Virus record (IMG/VR): IMGVR_UViG_3300036828_000568
Span: 11,159 to 75,158 of that record
DNA: 64,000 bases
Origin: a virus
Direction: 5' to 3' (one strand)
A model generated the notes under the pieces. It was not told where the DNA came from, searched no databases, and saw nothing but the letters and a program-made list of their open reading frames with translations. Positions 36,128 through 45,801 of this stretch are shown piece by piece (position 1 is the stretch's first letter; each line of letters starts with the position of its first letter). A program made the position numbers and the translations under genes.

Positions 36128-37336
36128 ATGGGACGATATGATGCTCATATGAATCCGCTTTCTTACCGCTTGCAAGAGTGGTTGGATAAGCATGTCACTA
36201 ATCACAGAGAACAAGAAGCTAAATCCATTCCTGGACATGTCCAGAAAATGGAAAAAGACTTCATGCACATTGCCTTTGAAACAGGCAATAAGATCTTTAC
36301 TCCTCCTGTGATGAAAATGACTCAGTCATTTTCGAGGTTTGGCCGTGAACCTACTCAGAACAAAGATATGGGAATGGCCGTTCCCGGCGACTATTATTTG
36401 GGAGGTATTTCTGCCTTCGGTGGTGGCAGAACTAATTTCTATCCTCGTGGTAATCTTTCTTCTCTTAGTTTTCAACCTGTAAGCAATTTGGATGCACCTA
36501 AACGTGATTATGATCAGCATTGGGAAACTGGTGGTCCTAATGGTTGGCGATGTAAGGTCCAAGAAAAGCAAACCAATTCTCCTCCTCCTGGGGCATTTGC
36601 AGGCGGGAATGGTGGTGGTAGCGGAGGAAATGGTGGTTCATCAGCCGCAGCAGTAACAAGATCCCACCGAACAGTAATGCAGCAGAGAAATGCTGTTCAG
36701 TTTGCAGATAGCGGTGGGTCTACAAGTCAAAGTGGTTCATCACAACAGCAACAGCAACAGCAGAAAGACTATACTGAATTTAGTTTTGATAAAGATGGTC
36801 AAGGTATTGTACAAAGTAAGGATAGGAAACATTATCTTAAAGTAAATCAAAAAGATAAAAAGATTATGTTAACCGGTGAAGGTGACAGCACCTTCTTTGG
36901 AAAGAATAATGCTTATTTGAATTCAGCCGGATTATGTATCGTAAATCCAGAAGGACAATCTGAAGAAAGCGGTGCTGGTTGGGATGATCAACAACAAGGT
37001 GGAAGTAGTCAAAGTGGTAGTGGACAGGGTGGGCTTGGTGGACAGAGTGTTCTAACCGGTCATGTTGCAGGAATGCCATTATCATCTGGCAGAGCGTTAC
37101 AGCAAAGAATGCCCAAGGTAGTAAGAACAAGAACAGGAGTAGCAATTCCTACGTTGCCATATAGAATCACTAAAGAAGGTGATCTTGTGATAAATCCTTT
37201 AGATGGTGGTGGAGGTGGTGGTGGCGGTGGTGGAGGGAATAAGGTATATTTGGGAGGTGATCCTCAGAAGCATAAGTTCTGTTTGGTTGAAACGGTTTGT
37301 GGTCCTAGCAAGAATGTGTATGCGAGGATTGGATGA
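36128..37336 (+). CDS. baseplate spike-like protein
   Basis: GREPTQ..D.G.AVP.DYYLGG.S..GGG...GNLS.L.F.PVSN; Gly/Gln-rich insertions. Confidence 0.65.
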   Translation: MGRYDAHMNPLSYRLQEWLDKHVTNHREQEAKSIPGHVQKMEKDFMHIAFETGNKIFTPPVMKMTQSFSRFGREPTQNKDMGMAVPGDYYLGGISAFGGGRTNFYPRGNLSSLSFQPVSNLDAPKRDYDQHWETGGPNGWRCKVQEKQTNSPPPGAFAGGNGGGSGGNGGSSAAAVTRSHRTVMQQRNAVQFADSGGSTSQSGSSQQQQQQQKDYTEFSFDKDGQGIVQSKDRKHYLKVNQKDKKIMLTGEGDSTFFGKNNAYLNSAGLCIVNPEGQSEESGAGWDDQQQGGSSQSGSGQGGLGGQSVLTGHVAGMPLSSGRALQQRMPKVVRTRTGVAIPTLPYRITKEGDLVINPLDGGGGGGGGGGGNKVYLGGDPQKHKFCLVETVCGPSKNVYARIG

Positions 37337-37749
37337 GAACCTATGGCCGAACCCAAGATGTGATTTCTGGTAAGAAAAAATGGTGGGTTGTCACGACCGA
37401 CCAAGGGGGGTATAATGACTCTGTCTATTTAACTGACCTAGCTCAAGTATTGAAATTAAACTTGGGTGAAAGTCCGTTCTTTGCTAACTATGGTATCCCG
37501 GCCCATGAATCAATCATGACTCAGGTGTTCCCAGACTTTTATATCGCACGTACTCAACAGCAATTTGCTGGATATTTTGCATCGTTGATTGTAACGGCAC
37601 TTCCAGTTCAACAGGGCTCAGCAGACAGCTTCGCAACACAACAAGAGGGTGCTTCTGCTCCTCGGTACTATCTCAATGTCCTCACTAACTACGGCTCACG
37701 TATCGGCGTTCACGTAAGACCGGGATACCCGGTAGAGCAGCCTATCTGA
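37333..37749 (+). CDS. baseplate wedge protein
   Basis: MRTYGR...L.Q.LKLNLGESPFFANYGIPA motif. Confidence 0.7.
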   Translation: MRTYGRTQDVISGKKKWWVVTTDQGGYNDSVYLTDLAQVLKLNLGESPFFANYGIPAHESIMTQVFPDFYIARTQQQFAGYFASLIVTALPVQQGSADSFATQQEGASAPRYYLNVLTNYGSRIGVHVRPGYPVEQPI

Positions 37750-37759
37750 AGTTAAAATC

Positions 37760-39214
37760 ATGGCAATTCTTCCACTCATAATGACACCACAGGGGTTGCA
37801 GCCCGCAGCTCCGGCAGACTTACGAGCAAGCCTGATTTCACTTGTTTCTGCAATAGTGCCAGATTATACAGCCAATCTGCCTGGGTCATTGATTGAAGAC
37901 ATTTCTAGTACTGATACATTTGCCTTGGTTGAAAGTGATAGTTTTCTTGTAGACTTGGTTAACTCCGTCACTCCTTTTGGTGCTAATGCATTCTTGCTGA
38001 ATCAACTTGGCATTCTATATGGAGTAGACCATCAACCAGTTACGAATACTGCCGTCTATGTAGTATTTCAAGGACCTCCTGGTTATGTGATTAATCAGGG
38101 GTTCGTAGTAGGCGATGGAACTTATCAGTATGTTTGTCAGACCGGTGGCATTTGCGGGATAGATGGAAGTACTCTTCCAATTTATGCTTTGGCTACGACT
38201 ACAGGAGCATGGGAAGTTTTACCGAATACCGTGGTTCAATTTCTAACTTCTGTCCCTGCCAGTATTCCACTTTCCTGCACTAACCCGGTAGCAGGAATTC
38301 CTTCATTATCTGGCGAACCGATTAGCGTATTCCGTGAACGATGTTTCACAGCAGGCCTCGCAGCATCCACCGGTATGGCTCGTTATTTGAAAACACTTTG
38401 TGGAAATATTCCGGGAGTGCAAAATCGTTTAATTGCTATTCAACAAGATAGTGGTCAGTACGTGGTGATTGTGGGTGGAGGAGACCCGTATCAAGTTGCT
38501 CATGCTATTTGGCAATCTGATTTCTATACCCCTGGTCTTTCTGGAGCAACAATTAGAATAACCAACATTTCTAACACTAATCCAGTGGTTATCACCACAG
38601 CCGCTAACCATAATCTTAGTGATAATGATTTAGAGGTTATTTCTGGTGTAGTAGGGATGGTAGGAATAAATGGAATTGAATATCCTATAACTACAATGCG
38701 GACAGCTTTTCCAAATAGCCCTGGTCCAATTCCAGATAGACAGTTTACAATTCCTGTTAATGGAACTACTATGGGTCCATACATGTATGGAGGAACTGTT
38801 TTTCCTAATCCTATCAATATAAATATTTCTGTTGCTGACTTTCCCGATTCGTATATCATTCCTTTTGTTATTCCACCACAAGAACGTGTGTTCATACAGG
38901 TTATCTGGCGAACAGATTCACCAAACTTCGTTTCACCAGATGCAGTAGCCACGGCAGCGGTTCCGGAAATTGTTGATTACATTAATTCACTACCGGCAGG
39001 AACAACTCCGATTAACTTGAATGTATTGAACAAGGTTTTCTTAGATGCTGTTTCTACTATCTTAGTTGGTGAATATATTGTTGATTTAGAATGGAGCATT
39101 ACTATAAATGGAATTCCGTTTTCTCCAGTTAGTGGAACTCAGGTTATTTGGGGCGATCCGTTTAGTTATTTCTATACTGAAAATGGGCAGGTTCAAGTCT
39201 TAAGGGGTCCGTAG
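37760..39214 (+). CDS. baseplate J-like protein
   Basis: YTANLPGSLIEDISST, AN.FLL.QLG, GGGDPY.VA.AI. Confidence 0.8.
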   Translation: MAILPLIMTPQGLQPAAPADLRASLISLVSAIVPDYTANLPGSLIEDISSTDTFALVESDSFLVDLVNSVTPFGANAFLLNQLGILYGVDHQPVTNTAVYVVFQGPPGYVINQGFVVGDGTYQYVCQTGGICGIDGSTLPIYALATTTGAWEVLPNTVVQFLTSVPASIPLSCTNPVAGIPSLSGEPISVFRERCFTAGLAASTGMARYLKTLCGNIPGVQNRLIAIQQDSGQYVVIVGGGDPYQVAHAIWQSDFYTPGLSGATIRITNISNTNPVVITTAANHNLSDNDLEVISGVVGMVGINGIEYPITTMRTAFPNSPGPIPDRQFTIPVNGTTMGPYMYGGTVFPNPININISVADFPDSYIIPFVIPPQERVFIQVIWRTDSPNFVSPDAVATAAVPEIVDYINSLPAGTTPINLNVLNKVFLDAVSTILVGEYIVDLEWSITINGIPFSPVSGTQVIWGDPFSYFYTENGQVQVLRGP

Positions 39215-40779
39215 TGCAACCGACTGTTTTAGAACCTGGTCTAGCCTTTGTTATCACTAGAGGTGGTACTTCTGTACAGATTGTTGATATAACTAAGACG
39301 ATTGGTGGTTCTGAAGTTCCTATGAATGAATTGGGTGGGGTTATCATAAACCCACTCAGAGCGATAGATCAAGGAATTACTACAGTTGAATCGTTATATG
39401 TAAATCTTCTTGGTCCAGCTTCTATCAGTCAATCTGGTGGAAATACTGAAATAATTCCAGGTCAATGGTTTCTTGTTCCAGCTAACACGAATGCTTGGGT
39501 AAATGCAAGGACCAATAATCATAAATTTACTTCATATTTTCGTTCTACGTTCAGGCCACCTCATCCTTCACTTCCAGTTCCTGGTCAACCAGGAACTAAT
39601 CTACCAGCATTAGGAGCAGAGCCAGGGGCACCTCCATATCCACCTCGTTCTGTTACCGGGTTGACAACGGTTATTCCATCTTATTTGTATCAAGAATATA
39701 CTGATGATGATGACTTGCAAGGATGGGTTGAAGCTCAGAATATAATGCAGCAGGATTATGTTGATACATTCAATGCTCTTAATCTTCCGATTTATACAGG
39801 GCCTATTGTATCTGGTGCTTTGTTGGATTGGGTTGGTCGTGGTGTTTATGGTTTTCAACGTCCTGTTATTGGACCAGAAATACAGAGTACGTTTGGACCA
39901 TTGAATACGTATGGGCCGAATTGGCTCGTACCAATGTGGGATGAATTTGCTCCTGCTACTCGTAATCGTGGAACTTGGCAAGTCGCAGTTAATACTCCTG
40001 ATCTAAATAACTTGGGTCCTTCACATGGTGATTACTGGACTGCGGTGACTGCTAGTCCCAATGTGCCAGAAACAGCTCCGTCCTCTATACCAGGGATTGG
40101 AGGGTTCTTAATCTACGATGGGGATAAAATACTATATGATGCCGGTAGAAAAACTTATGGTCAAACTGATCTTTCTGGGGTAGAGGCTGTTTTCGGGTTA
40201 AATGTGTACGAACATTATGATTTTGAAAACCTTGTTTTAACTAATGATGATGTTTATCGTCGAATCCTTTCATGGCATTTCTTTAAACAAGACGGAAATT
40301 ACTTTTCTACTGAATTCTTAAAGCGTCGAGTATGGCGATTTTTATATGGGAAGGATGGAAAAGACTACGATTATATTGATATGACATTAGGTGCTCCACA
40401 TCCTACTCCCCAATGGCCGGGAAGCGTGGCTGAGCTTACTGATAAATTTATTGCTGATCGTAGACAAATAAGCGTAACGATGGGTGCAAATAGAAACGTC
40501 TGCATTCGCTTTGTATTAGGTGACCGTCCTGTGAATGGCGGAACGATGTTAAATGTGGTAGGGTGCAACGGGTTCAACCCAGGGTTTGGAATGACTCCTC
40601 CGTGGACTATAGGAAATGATATTGTCAATAGGCCAAACTTCGGGATTTATTTGAACGACATTGAAACAGCCTATACTCCCTACCCACGATTACCAATGAT
40701 GCAAACCTTTAAAGAAGCGTTAGATCTAGGTGTGCTTGAAGTTCCGTATCAGTTTAACTTCTCCTGCAAGATAGGGTGA
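39214..40779 (+). CDS. baseplate wedge protein (DUF2612-like) with an N-terminal NPL-DQG module
   Basis: IPSYLYQEY.DDDDLQ, LLDWVG.GVYG..RP, DD.YRRIL.W.F, LKRRV.RFL. Confidence 0.75.
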   Translation: MQPTVLEPGLAFVITRGGTSVQIVDITKTIGGSEVPMNELGGVIINPLRAIDQGITTVESLYVNLLGPASISQSGGNTEIIPGQWFLVPANTNAWVNARTNNHKFTSYFRSTFRPPHPSLPVPGQPGTNLPALGAEPGAPPYPPRSVTGLTTVIPSYLYQEYTDDDDLQGWVEAQNIMQQDYVDTFNALNLPIYTGPIVSGALLDWVGRGVYGFQRPVIGPEIQSTFGPLNTYGPNWLVPMWDEFAPATRNRGTWQVAVNTPDLNNLGPSHGDYWTAVTASPNVPETAPSSIPGIGGFLIYDGDKILYDAGRKTYGQTDLSGVEAVFGLNVYEHYDFENLVLTNDDVYRRILSWHFFKQDGNYFSTEFLKRRVWRFLYGKDGKDYDYIDMTLGAPHPTPQWPGSVAELTDKFIADRRQISVTMGANRNVCIRFVLGDRPVNGGTMLNVVGCNGFNPGFGMTPPWTIGNDIVNRPNFGIYLNDIETAYTPYPRLPMMQTFKEALDLGVLEVPYQFNFSCKIG

Positions 40780-40788
40780 GGATTCGCC

Positions 40789-42300
40789 ATGGCAATGCTT
40801 TGGAGTAATAATGCTTCCACCACGGTTGCAGGAGCTATCGCCGCTACAGACACCACGGTAACACTGAATTCGTTAGAATTTTTTCCAGGTAATCCTCCCA
40901 ACACACCTCCTATTAATACTGGTGATTATTTCGTTGCTACTTTCTATGATCAACAGACTAAGACTTTAAACGAAATTGTCCATGTTACCGGTGTTTCTGG
41001 CAATACAGCTACGATTGTACGCGGGCAGGAAGGAACTACTCCTCTTGCCTGGAGTGCTGGTGATATTTTTGCTAATTTGATTACCGCTGGGACGCTTGAC
41101 AATTTTGTTCAAAAAGGTGCTGTCCCTATTGATACTTCTATCGTATACGTGGGGGATGATACTTCTACAAATCCGTTGCATATTGTCTGTAATACAGTTC
41201 CTGTTCCAGCGAACTTTTCAGTTGGAATGCTTTTCAATATTAGGGTTGGAACGCAATGGGCAGCAGGAGTGAATGCGAACTTACCGGCTACTGATCTTCA
41301 GCTTAATGGCAAGCCGGTAGTTCTTGCCAAGCGTACTGACGGATCGAATTTGGTGGGTGGTGAATTACGACGTGGTCAGGATTATATTTTCATTTATAAT
41401 GGAGCAGCATTTGATACTACAATGATGCCTGTTCCACAACAACCTCCTCAGTATACTTTCTATGTTAGGTCAGACGCCGCGAGTACCGTTAATTCAAGTG
41501 GCATTGAAAGTGCCTCTGGTTTTGCGAATACTGTGCAGGATGCTTTCCGTACAATTCAGGGTGCTATCAACACAATTAAAGCCAGATATATTTCTTCTCT
41601 TGCCATTACTATTAGAGTGGCAGATGGAGTTTATCAAAGTGGCTTTGGAGATAATACTCAATATATCGCGTCTTGGAATATTGTAGGTAATAGAAGTCAG
41701 CCACAAAACTGTCAGATCATCTGCACTTCAGTAAGTCCGTCTACATATGTTCCTTATGCTCCGGTAGCAGTTTGTGTCGCTCTTGGGCAGGTCTCTGTTA
41801 TGACTGTGGCTGGATTTAGCTTCCAGTCGTATAATCAGAACGCTTTGATTGATGGTCTCTTAGAACTATGGGATTGTCATTTTACCGCTCCTACAAGTGG
41901 ATTGCCATGTGTTGATTCTGCTGGAACTGCTCGGATCTATGGTTACTGCACATTGTCAGCGGCGAACGCATTTTCTCAATTCGCCTGTGCCCATGCTGGT
42001 GGACAAGTGGGTTTGGGATACTATGATGGAATCTTCACGCCTATCGGTTTTAATATGACCATAAATGGTACACCGAATGTTACACAGGGATTTGTGTCTG
42101 GATTCGAAACAGGGACTATTTCCATATACGATAATGTTTGCGCCTTCACAGGTCAGTGCCATGGATATCAGTATATTTGTTCAACCGGTGGTGGCATCGG
42201 GTTCTATACTGGAAATACCGGTATTCTGCCAGCAGATACTCCTGGAATTGTTACGACGGCATCGCCTGGTGATTGCGGTGGATGGATAACTCACGGATAA
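40789..42300 (+). CDS. tail fibre protein
   Basis: NNASTT.AG.I...EIVHVT...TIVRGQEGT N-terminus; AFRTIQGAIN beta-helix entry motif. Confidence 0.75.
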   Translation: MAMLWSNNASTTVAGAIAATDTTVTLNSLEFFPGNPPNTPPINTGDYFVATFYDQQTKTLNEIVHVTGVSGNTATIVRGQEGTTPLAWSAGDIFANLITAGTLDNFVQKGAVPIDTSIVYVGDDTSTNPLHIVCNTVPVPANFSVGMLFNIRVGTQWAAGVNANLPATDLQLNGKPVVLAKRTDGSNLVGGELRRGQDYIFIYNGAAFDTTMMPVPQQPPQYTFYVRSDAASTVNSSGIESASGFANTVQDAFRTIQGAINTIKARYISSLAITIRVADGVYQSGFGDNTQYIASWNIVGNRSQPQNCQIICTSVSPSTYVPYAPVAVCVALGQVSVMTVAGFSFQSYNQNALIDGLLELWDCHFTAPTSGLPCVDSAGTARIYGYCTLSAANAFSQFACAHAGGQVGLGYYDGIFTPIGFNMTINGTPNVTQGFVSGFETGTISIYDNVCAFTGQCHGYQYICSTGGGIGFYTGNTGILPADTPGIVTTASPGDCGGWITHG

Positions 42301-42310
42301 GGGGTAAGAT

Positions 42311-42616
42311 ATGAGCACTCCAGTTGCTGGAATGGCGTCACAAACATCGGCAACTCCCGGTGTTCCCACTAACGCAATAGCACCGAATCAGTCCGGTGGC
42401 TATATTGTCAATCCACTTGCGCCAGCAGATCAAGGACTTGCTGCGGCTGAAGTGCTATACGTCAGTCAAGTTGGTGCTGCTGATACGAGTGCTAACAACG
42501 TGACTGTAGCTCTTCAACCAGGGCAGTCGTACACAGTAATCCCGAATACGACCACACCGGTCAGTGTTGCATCTAACAGTGCGAGTCATCAGTTCACCGC
42601 TGTTCAATGGGCTTAA
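42311..42616 (+). CDS. stand-alone NPL-DQG module virion protein
   Basis: GGYIVNPLAPADQGLAAAEVLY. Confidence 0.65.
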   Translation: MSTPVAGMASQTSATPGVPTNAIAPNQSGGYIVNPLAPADQGLAAAEVLYVSQVGAADTSANNVTVALQPGQSYTVIPNTTTPVSVASNSASHQFTAVQWA

Positions 42617-42617
42617 A

Positions 42618-43172
42618 ATGGAACAGGTCGTAGCCCCACGTGAATCTGTCCTTGGTTCAGGAGCGGGTGGTCCGCTTACTGCGCCTACACAATGGAATGC
42701 ATTTCAAGGATATATTCAGTATTCTTATGGGGTTGTGATTGGAAATCCTACTGGCGGTAATAAAGGGAACGGAACATTAAATCTTGATAATGGCCTTTAT
42801 CTAGATGGAGTTATTGTAGATCTTACCAAATACCTTCTTCTTACTGGCGGCACGTTGTCTGGGAAATTGACTCTAGCTATGGATCCTACTAATCCATTTG
42901 ATGCTGCCACAAAGAAATACGTTGATGCTCAAATCGTAACTGTTAATGGAAATTTTGCCAGTTATCTTCCTTTAGTTGGTGGTACGTTGACAGGACCATT
43001 AACTCTTCCTGCAGATCCAACTACTGATTTTCAAGCTGCTACGAAAATATATGTAGATAATAAAACTTCTAGTTTAATAGGAATAGCAGATGCACCGAGT
43101 GATGGAACTACCTATGGTCGGAAAAATGCGGCTTGGGTGAATGCTTCCCTAATTGATGTAGGAACCTACTGA
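42618..43172 (+). CDS. fibre-associated protein
   Basis: GGTLSG.LTL..DPT...AATK.YVD x2; foldon-like DAPSDGTTYGRKNAAW. Confidence 0.7.
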   Translation: MEQVVAPRESVLGSGAGGPLTAPTQWNAFQGYIQYSYGVVIGNPTGGNKGNGTLNLDNGLYLDGVIVDLTKYLLLTGGTLSGKLTLAMDPTNPFDAATKKYVDAQIVTVNGNFASYLPLVGGTLTGPLTLPADPTTDFQAATKIYVDNKTSSLIGIADAPSDGTTYGRKNAAWVNASLIDVGTY

Positions 43173-44302
43173 TGGTTGCTAAAATTCAAATTCTTCGTTC
43201 TGTTACACCCGGTAGTCGTCCTTCTGGAAAGACGTATGGCGAACCATATGTCAATTTTGGGGATAATCAGTTTGGGGTTTTTGACTCAAGCAACGTAGCA
43301 CGTGACCTTATTGGTGTTCCGTATTTTTCAGCAGCACTTTCTTATATTCAAGGAGCCACGGTTAATTATCAAGGGAAACTTTATCAATCTATTACGTCTG
43401 TGGCGGCAGGAGCGTGGAACCCTGCGCAATGGGCTCTCGTCGTACAGCAATTTTATGTTGATAGTTCTGTAAATGCTTTTTGCCCGCAGAATTGTCGATT
43501 TATTTGTACCGGTACAACAACAACAAATCTTTCACCGTTCAATGGTAGTAAGATAAAGATAAATGGTGCCTATTATGATATACCTGCCTCTGGTATTCAA
43601 GCTGTGAATACTAATCTTATGATAAATGGAGTAGGTGGAAGAACTCTTGCTGCAAGTGCTCCCTATTATGTTTTTGCCTTCGCTACTGGACCTACTACTA
43701 TTGGTCTTGATTTTCGAACAACTGGTGCTGGAGGTTATGCTCATGTTATGTCGTCTACGCCTGGAAATTTAGGCGTCGAAATTATGTGTAATACCGATGG
43801 CTCAGGCAAAAATGACGGATATACTTTTGTTGGATTGATTGTTGCAAGTTCCGCAAGTCAATTTAGTGATACAGTAGGTACTAGACAGGTTCTTTCTTGG
43901 TATAACAGAAGACCTAAATCATTGCTTGGACCTGCTATTGGAGCTGTTAATACGACAGCAACAGGGGCACAAGAACTTTCTCCTTCTCAACGTCAATATT
44001 TCTTAAACTGGATAAATCAGGATGTTTATTTAGGAGTAATAGGATATTCTTATATAGATACGGCCGGACAAGCTACTTTTATTCAAGTATCATCTGACGG
44101 AGTTATTCTAACAAATCCATTCCCATACAATACTCATGCAGCAGTATCATATGCTAATAATTTGAGTTTTGGTCAATGGATGGATGGTACTGCTGCTCCA
44201 TTTGCTAGTGAACTTGGCCTACACAGTAGTTCTATTCTTGGTGCTGTAACTGGTGGGACTGGAACTTTTAATGTGCGTCAAACTGGGATGATATTCGGGT
44301 GA
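43172..44302 (+). CDS. tail fibre/receptor-binding protein
   Basis: IQILRS...P....GE..VN fibre N-terminus; VLSWYNRR motif. Confidence 0.65.
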   Translation: MVAKIQILRSVTPGSRPSGKTYGEPYVNFGDNQFGVFDSSNVARDLIGVPYFSAALSYIQGATVNYQGKLYQSITSVAAGAWNPAQWALVVQQFYVDSSVNAFCPQNCRFICTGTTTTNLSPFNGSKIKINGAYYDIPASGIQAVNTNLMINGVGGRTLAASAPYYVFAFATGPTTIGLDFRTTGAGGYAHVMSSTPGNLGVEIMCNTDGSGKNDGYTFVGLIVASSASQFSDTVGTRQVLSWYNRRPKSLLGPAIGAVNTTATGAQELSPSQRQYFLNWINQDVYLGVIGYSYIDTAGQATFIQVSSDGVILTNPFPYNTHAAVSYANNLSFGQWMDGTAAPFASELGLHSSSILGAVTGGTGTFNVRQTGMIFG

Positions 44303-44306
44303 TACC

Positions 44307-44576
44307 ATGGCTGATGTAGTAATAGGACCAACCTTTGGACAAGAATTAATTGCTGCTGGACTTGGAGGCTGTTCTGCTAGCTGGATGGAGAATGGTACTT
44401 TCTATAATCGTGAGTTGCTTACAGACGAGCAGAATATAAAGTTAGATGAGGTAATTGCGGCTCATGATCCCACTAAACCACCACCACCTACTATACTAGA
44501 TAGACTAGAGGCTAGGGTTGAACAACTTAGTGCAGAAGTTGAAGAGTTAAAAGGCAAACGTAGAAAGAAAGACTAA
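44307..44576 (+). CDS. tail fibre assembly-like protein
   Basis: V.AAHDP motif plus C-terminal coiled coil. Confidence 0.55.
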   Translation: MADVVIGPTFGQELIAAGLGGCSASWMENGTFYNRELLTDEQNIKLDEVIAAHDPTKPPPPTILDRLEARVEQLSAEVEELKGKRRKKD

Positions 44577-45091
44577 TGGCTGCTGTCATCAAGATTAAGC
44601 GTCGTGTTGGCTCCTCCGGGGTGCCAACTTCGTTAGCTGAAGGTGAACTGGCATTCCAAGATCCCGGCGGTGGTCCAGCTAGTCTCTATATCGGCACTAC
44701 TCCAGCAGCAGTAATGACTCTTGTCAGTGCTACTCGGCAAGTTGAAATTGCCGGGGCACAGACTATTACAGGAACAAAGACGATTGCTGTTGCTGCCTTC
44801 AAGTTGACAGGAGGTGCGAATACCAACATTCTTTCTACTGATGGTGCAGGTAATCTAACATGGACCGCAGCCCCTGGAGGTGGAATTACAGCCGTTTCCC
44901 ATGACACAACGATGACCGGTGATGGTAATGCTACTCCGCTTAGTGTGATCAAGCTGGCGACGGCACGGACCATCGGTATCACTGCCACTGGTGGAACAAC
45001 GATTACGCAAACTCCAGCATCCTTTGATGGTAGTGCAAACGTGTCTATTAGTGGATTCGAAATTACTGGTTTGGATGGAGGAGTGTACTAA
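44576..45091 (+). CDS. short fibre-like protein
   Basis: IKIKRR...PTSLAEGELAF; KLATARTI...SFDGSANV. Confidence 0.65.
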   Translation: MAAVIKIKRRVGSSGVPTSLAEGELAFQDPGGGPASLYIGTTPAAVMTLVSATRQVEIAGAQTITGTKTIAVAAFKLTGGANTNILSTDGAGNLTWTAAPGGGITAVSHDTTMTGDGNATPLSVIKLATARTIGITATGGTTITQTPASFDGSANVSISGFEITGLDGGVY

Positions 45092-45306
45092 TGGGTGATC
45101 CTATTTTTGTTAGTAATGAAGCAGAGTCGGAAGAAAAGCCGACTTATATAGTTTCCAGGTTAGTTGCCGGAGAAATACCTCCAGAAGAGGTAGTAATACC
45201 AGATGAGCCAGAAAAAGTTCCAGAAGATAGGCCAACTTACATCGCTTATAAGGTGGAAGAAAAAGGAACCAGAGGAACTGGAAGCGACGATAACCCACCA
45301 TCCTAA
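45091..45306 (+). CDS. acidic hypothetical protein
   Basis: TAATG coupling; internal PTYI repeat. Confidence 0.45.
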   Translation: MGDPIFVSNEAESEEKPTYIVSRLVAGEIPPEEVVIPDEPEKVPEDRPTYIAYKVEEKGTRGTGSDDNPPS

Positions 45307-45426
45307 TGGTTTAATCGTACTTCAATTAAACCAACCTCTACAGAGTATCTTCCTTAGTGCAGAGGAAGCTTGTGCTATCGCTAAGGCTCTTTTAATAGAG
45401 GCACGTAGGGTCAGGATAGCAAGGTT

Positions 45427-45801
45427 ATGAAATGGTTAAATCACGAAAAAACTGAGACCTGGGTCATCTACTTTATTCTAGTGGTGGTGGTCCTGATAGT
45501 ACTCGCCGCCATTGGATACATGGCGGGACGCTGGTATATCGAACCTAGTCAGGCTCAACAAACTCGTGTTGATCTCTATGGTAATGTACCACTCGATGCT
45601 ATTTTGTTACCGATTGATCGTAAGGCACTCGATGAAGCTTACCATGCTCACCTCATCAAATTATGGACCGTTTGGCTTACTGATGGTGCCAAGGATTCGT
45701 CACGCTTTCGTAATGGATTGAAGATTGCTCGCGGGGCTTATCACGAAGCAATAGAGGCTCTCACTAAACGTGAACAGCTATTGAAAGAACAGGCAAAATG
45801 A
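45427..45801 (+). CDS. membrane-anchored lysis-region protein (holin/spanin candidate)
   Basis: N-terminal TM; ATGA overlap with the endolysin gene. Confidence 0.5.
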   Translation: MKWLNHEKTETWVIYFILVVVVLIVLAAIGYMAGRWYIEPSQAQQTRVDLYGNVPLDAILLPIDRKALDEAYHAHLIKLWTVWLTDGAKDSSRFRNGLKIARGAYHEAIEALTKREQLLKEQAK

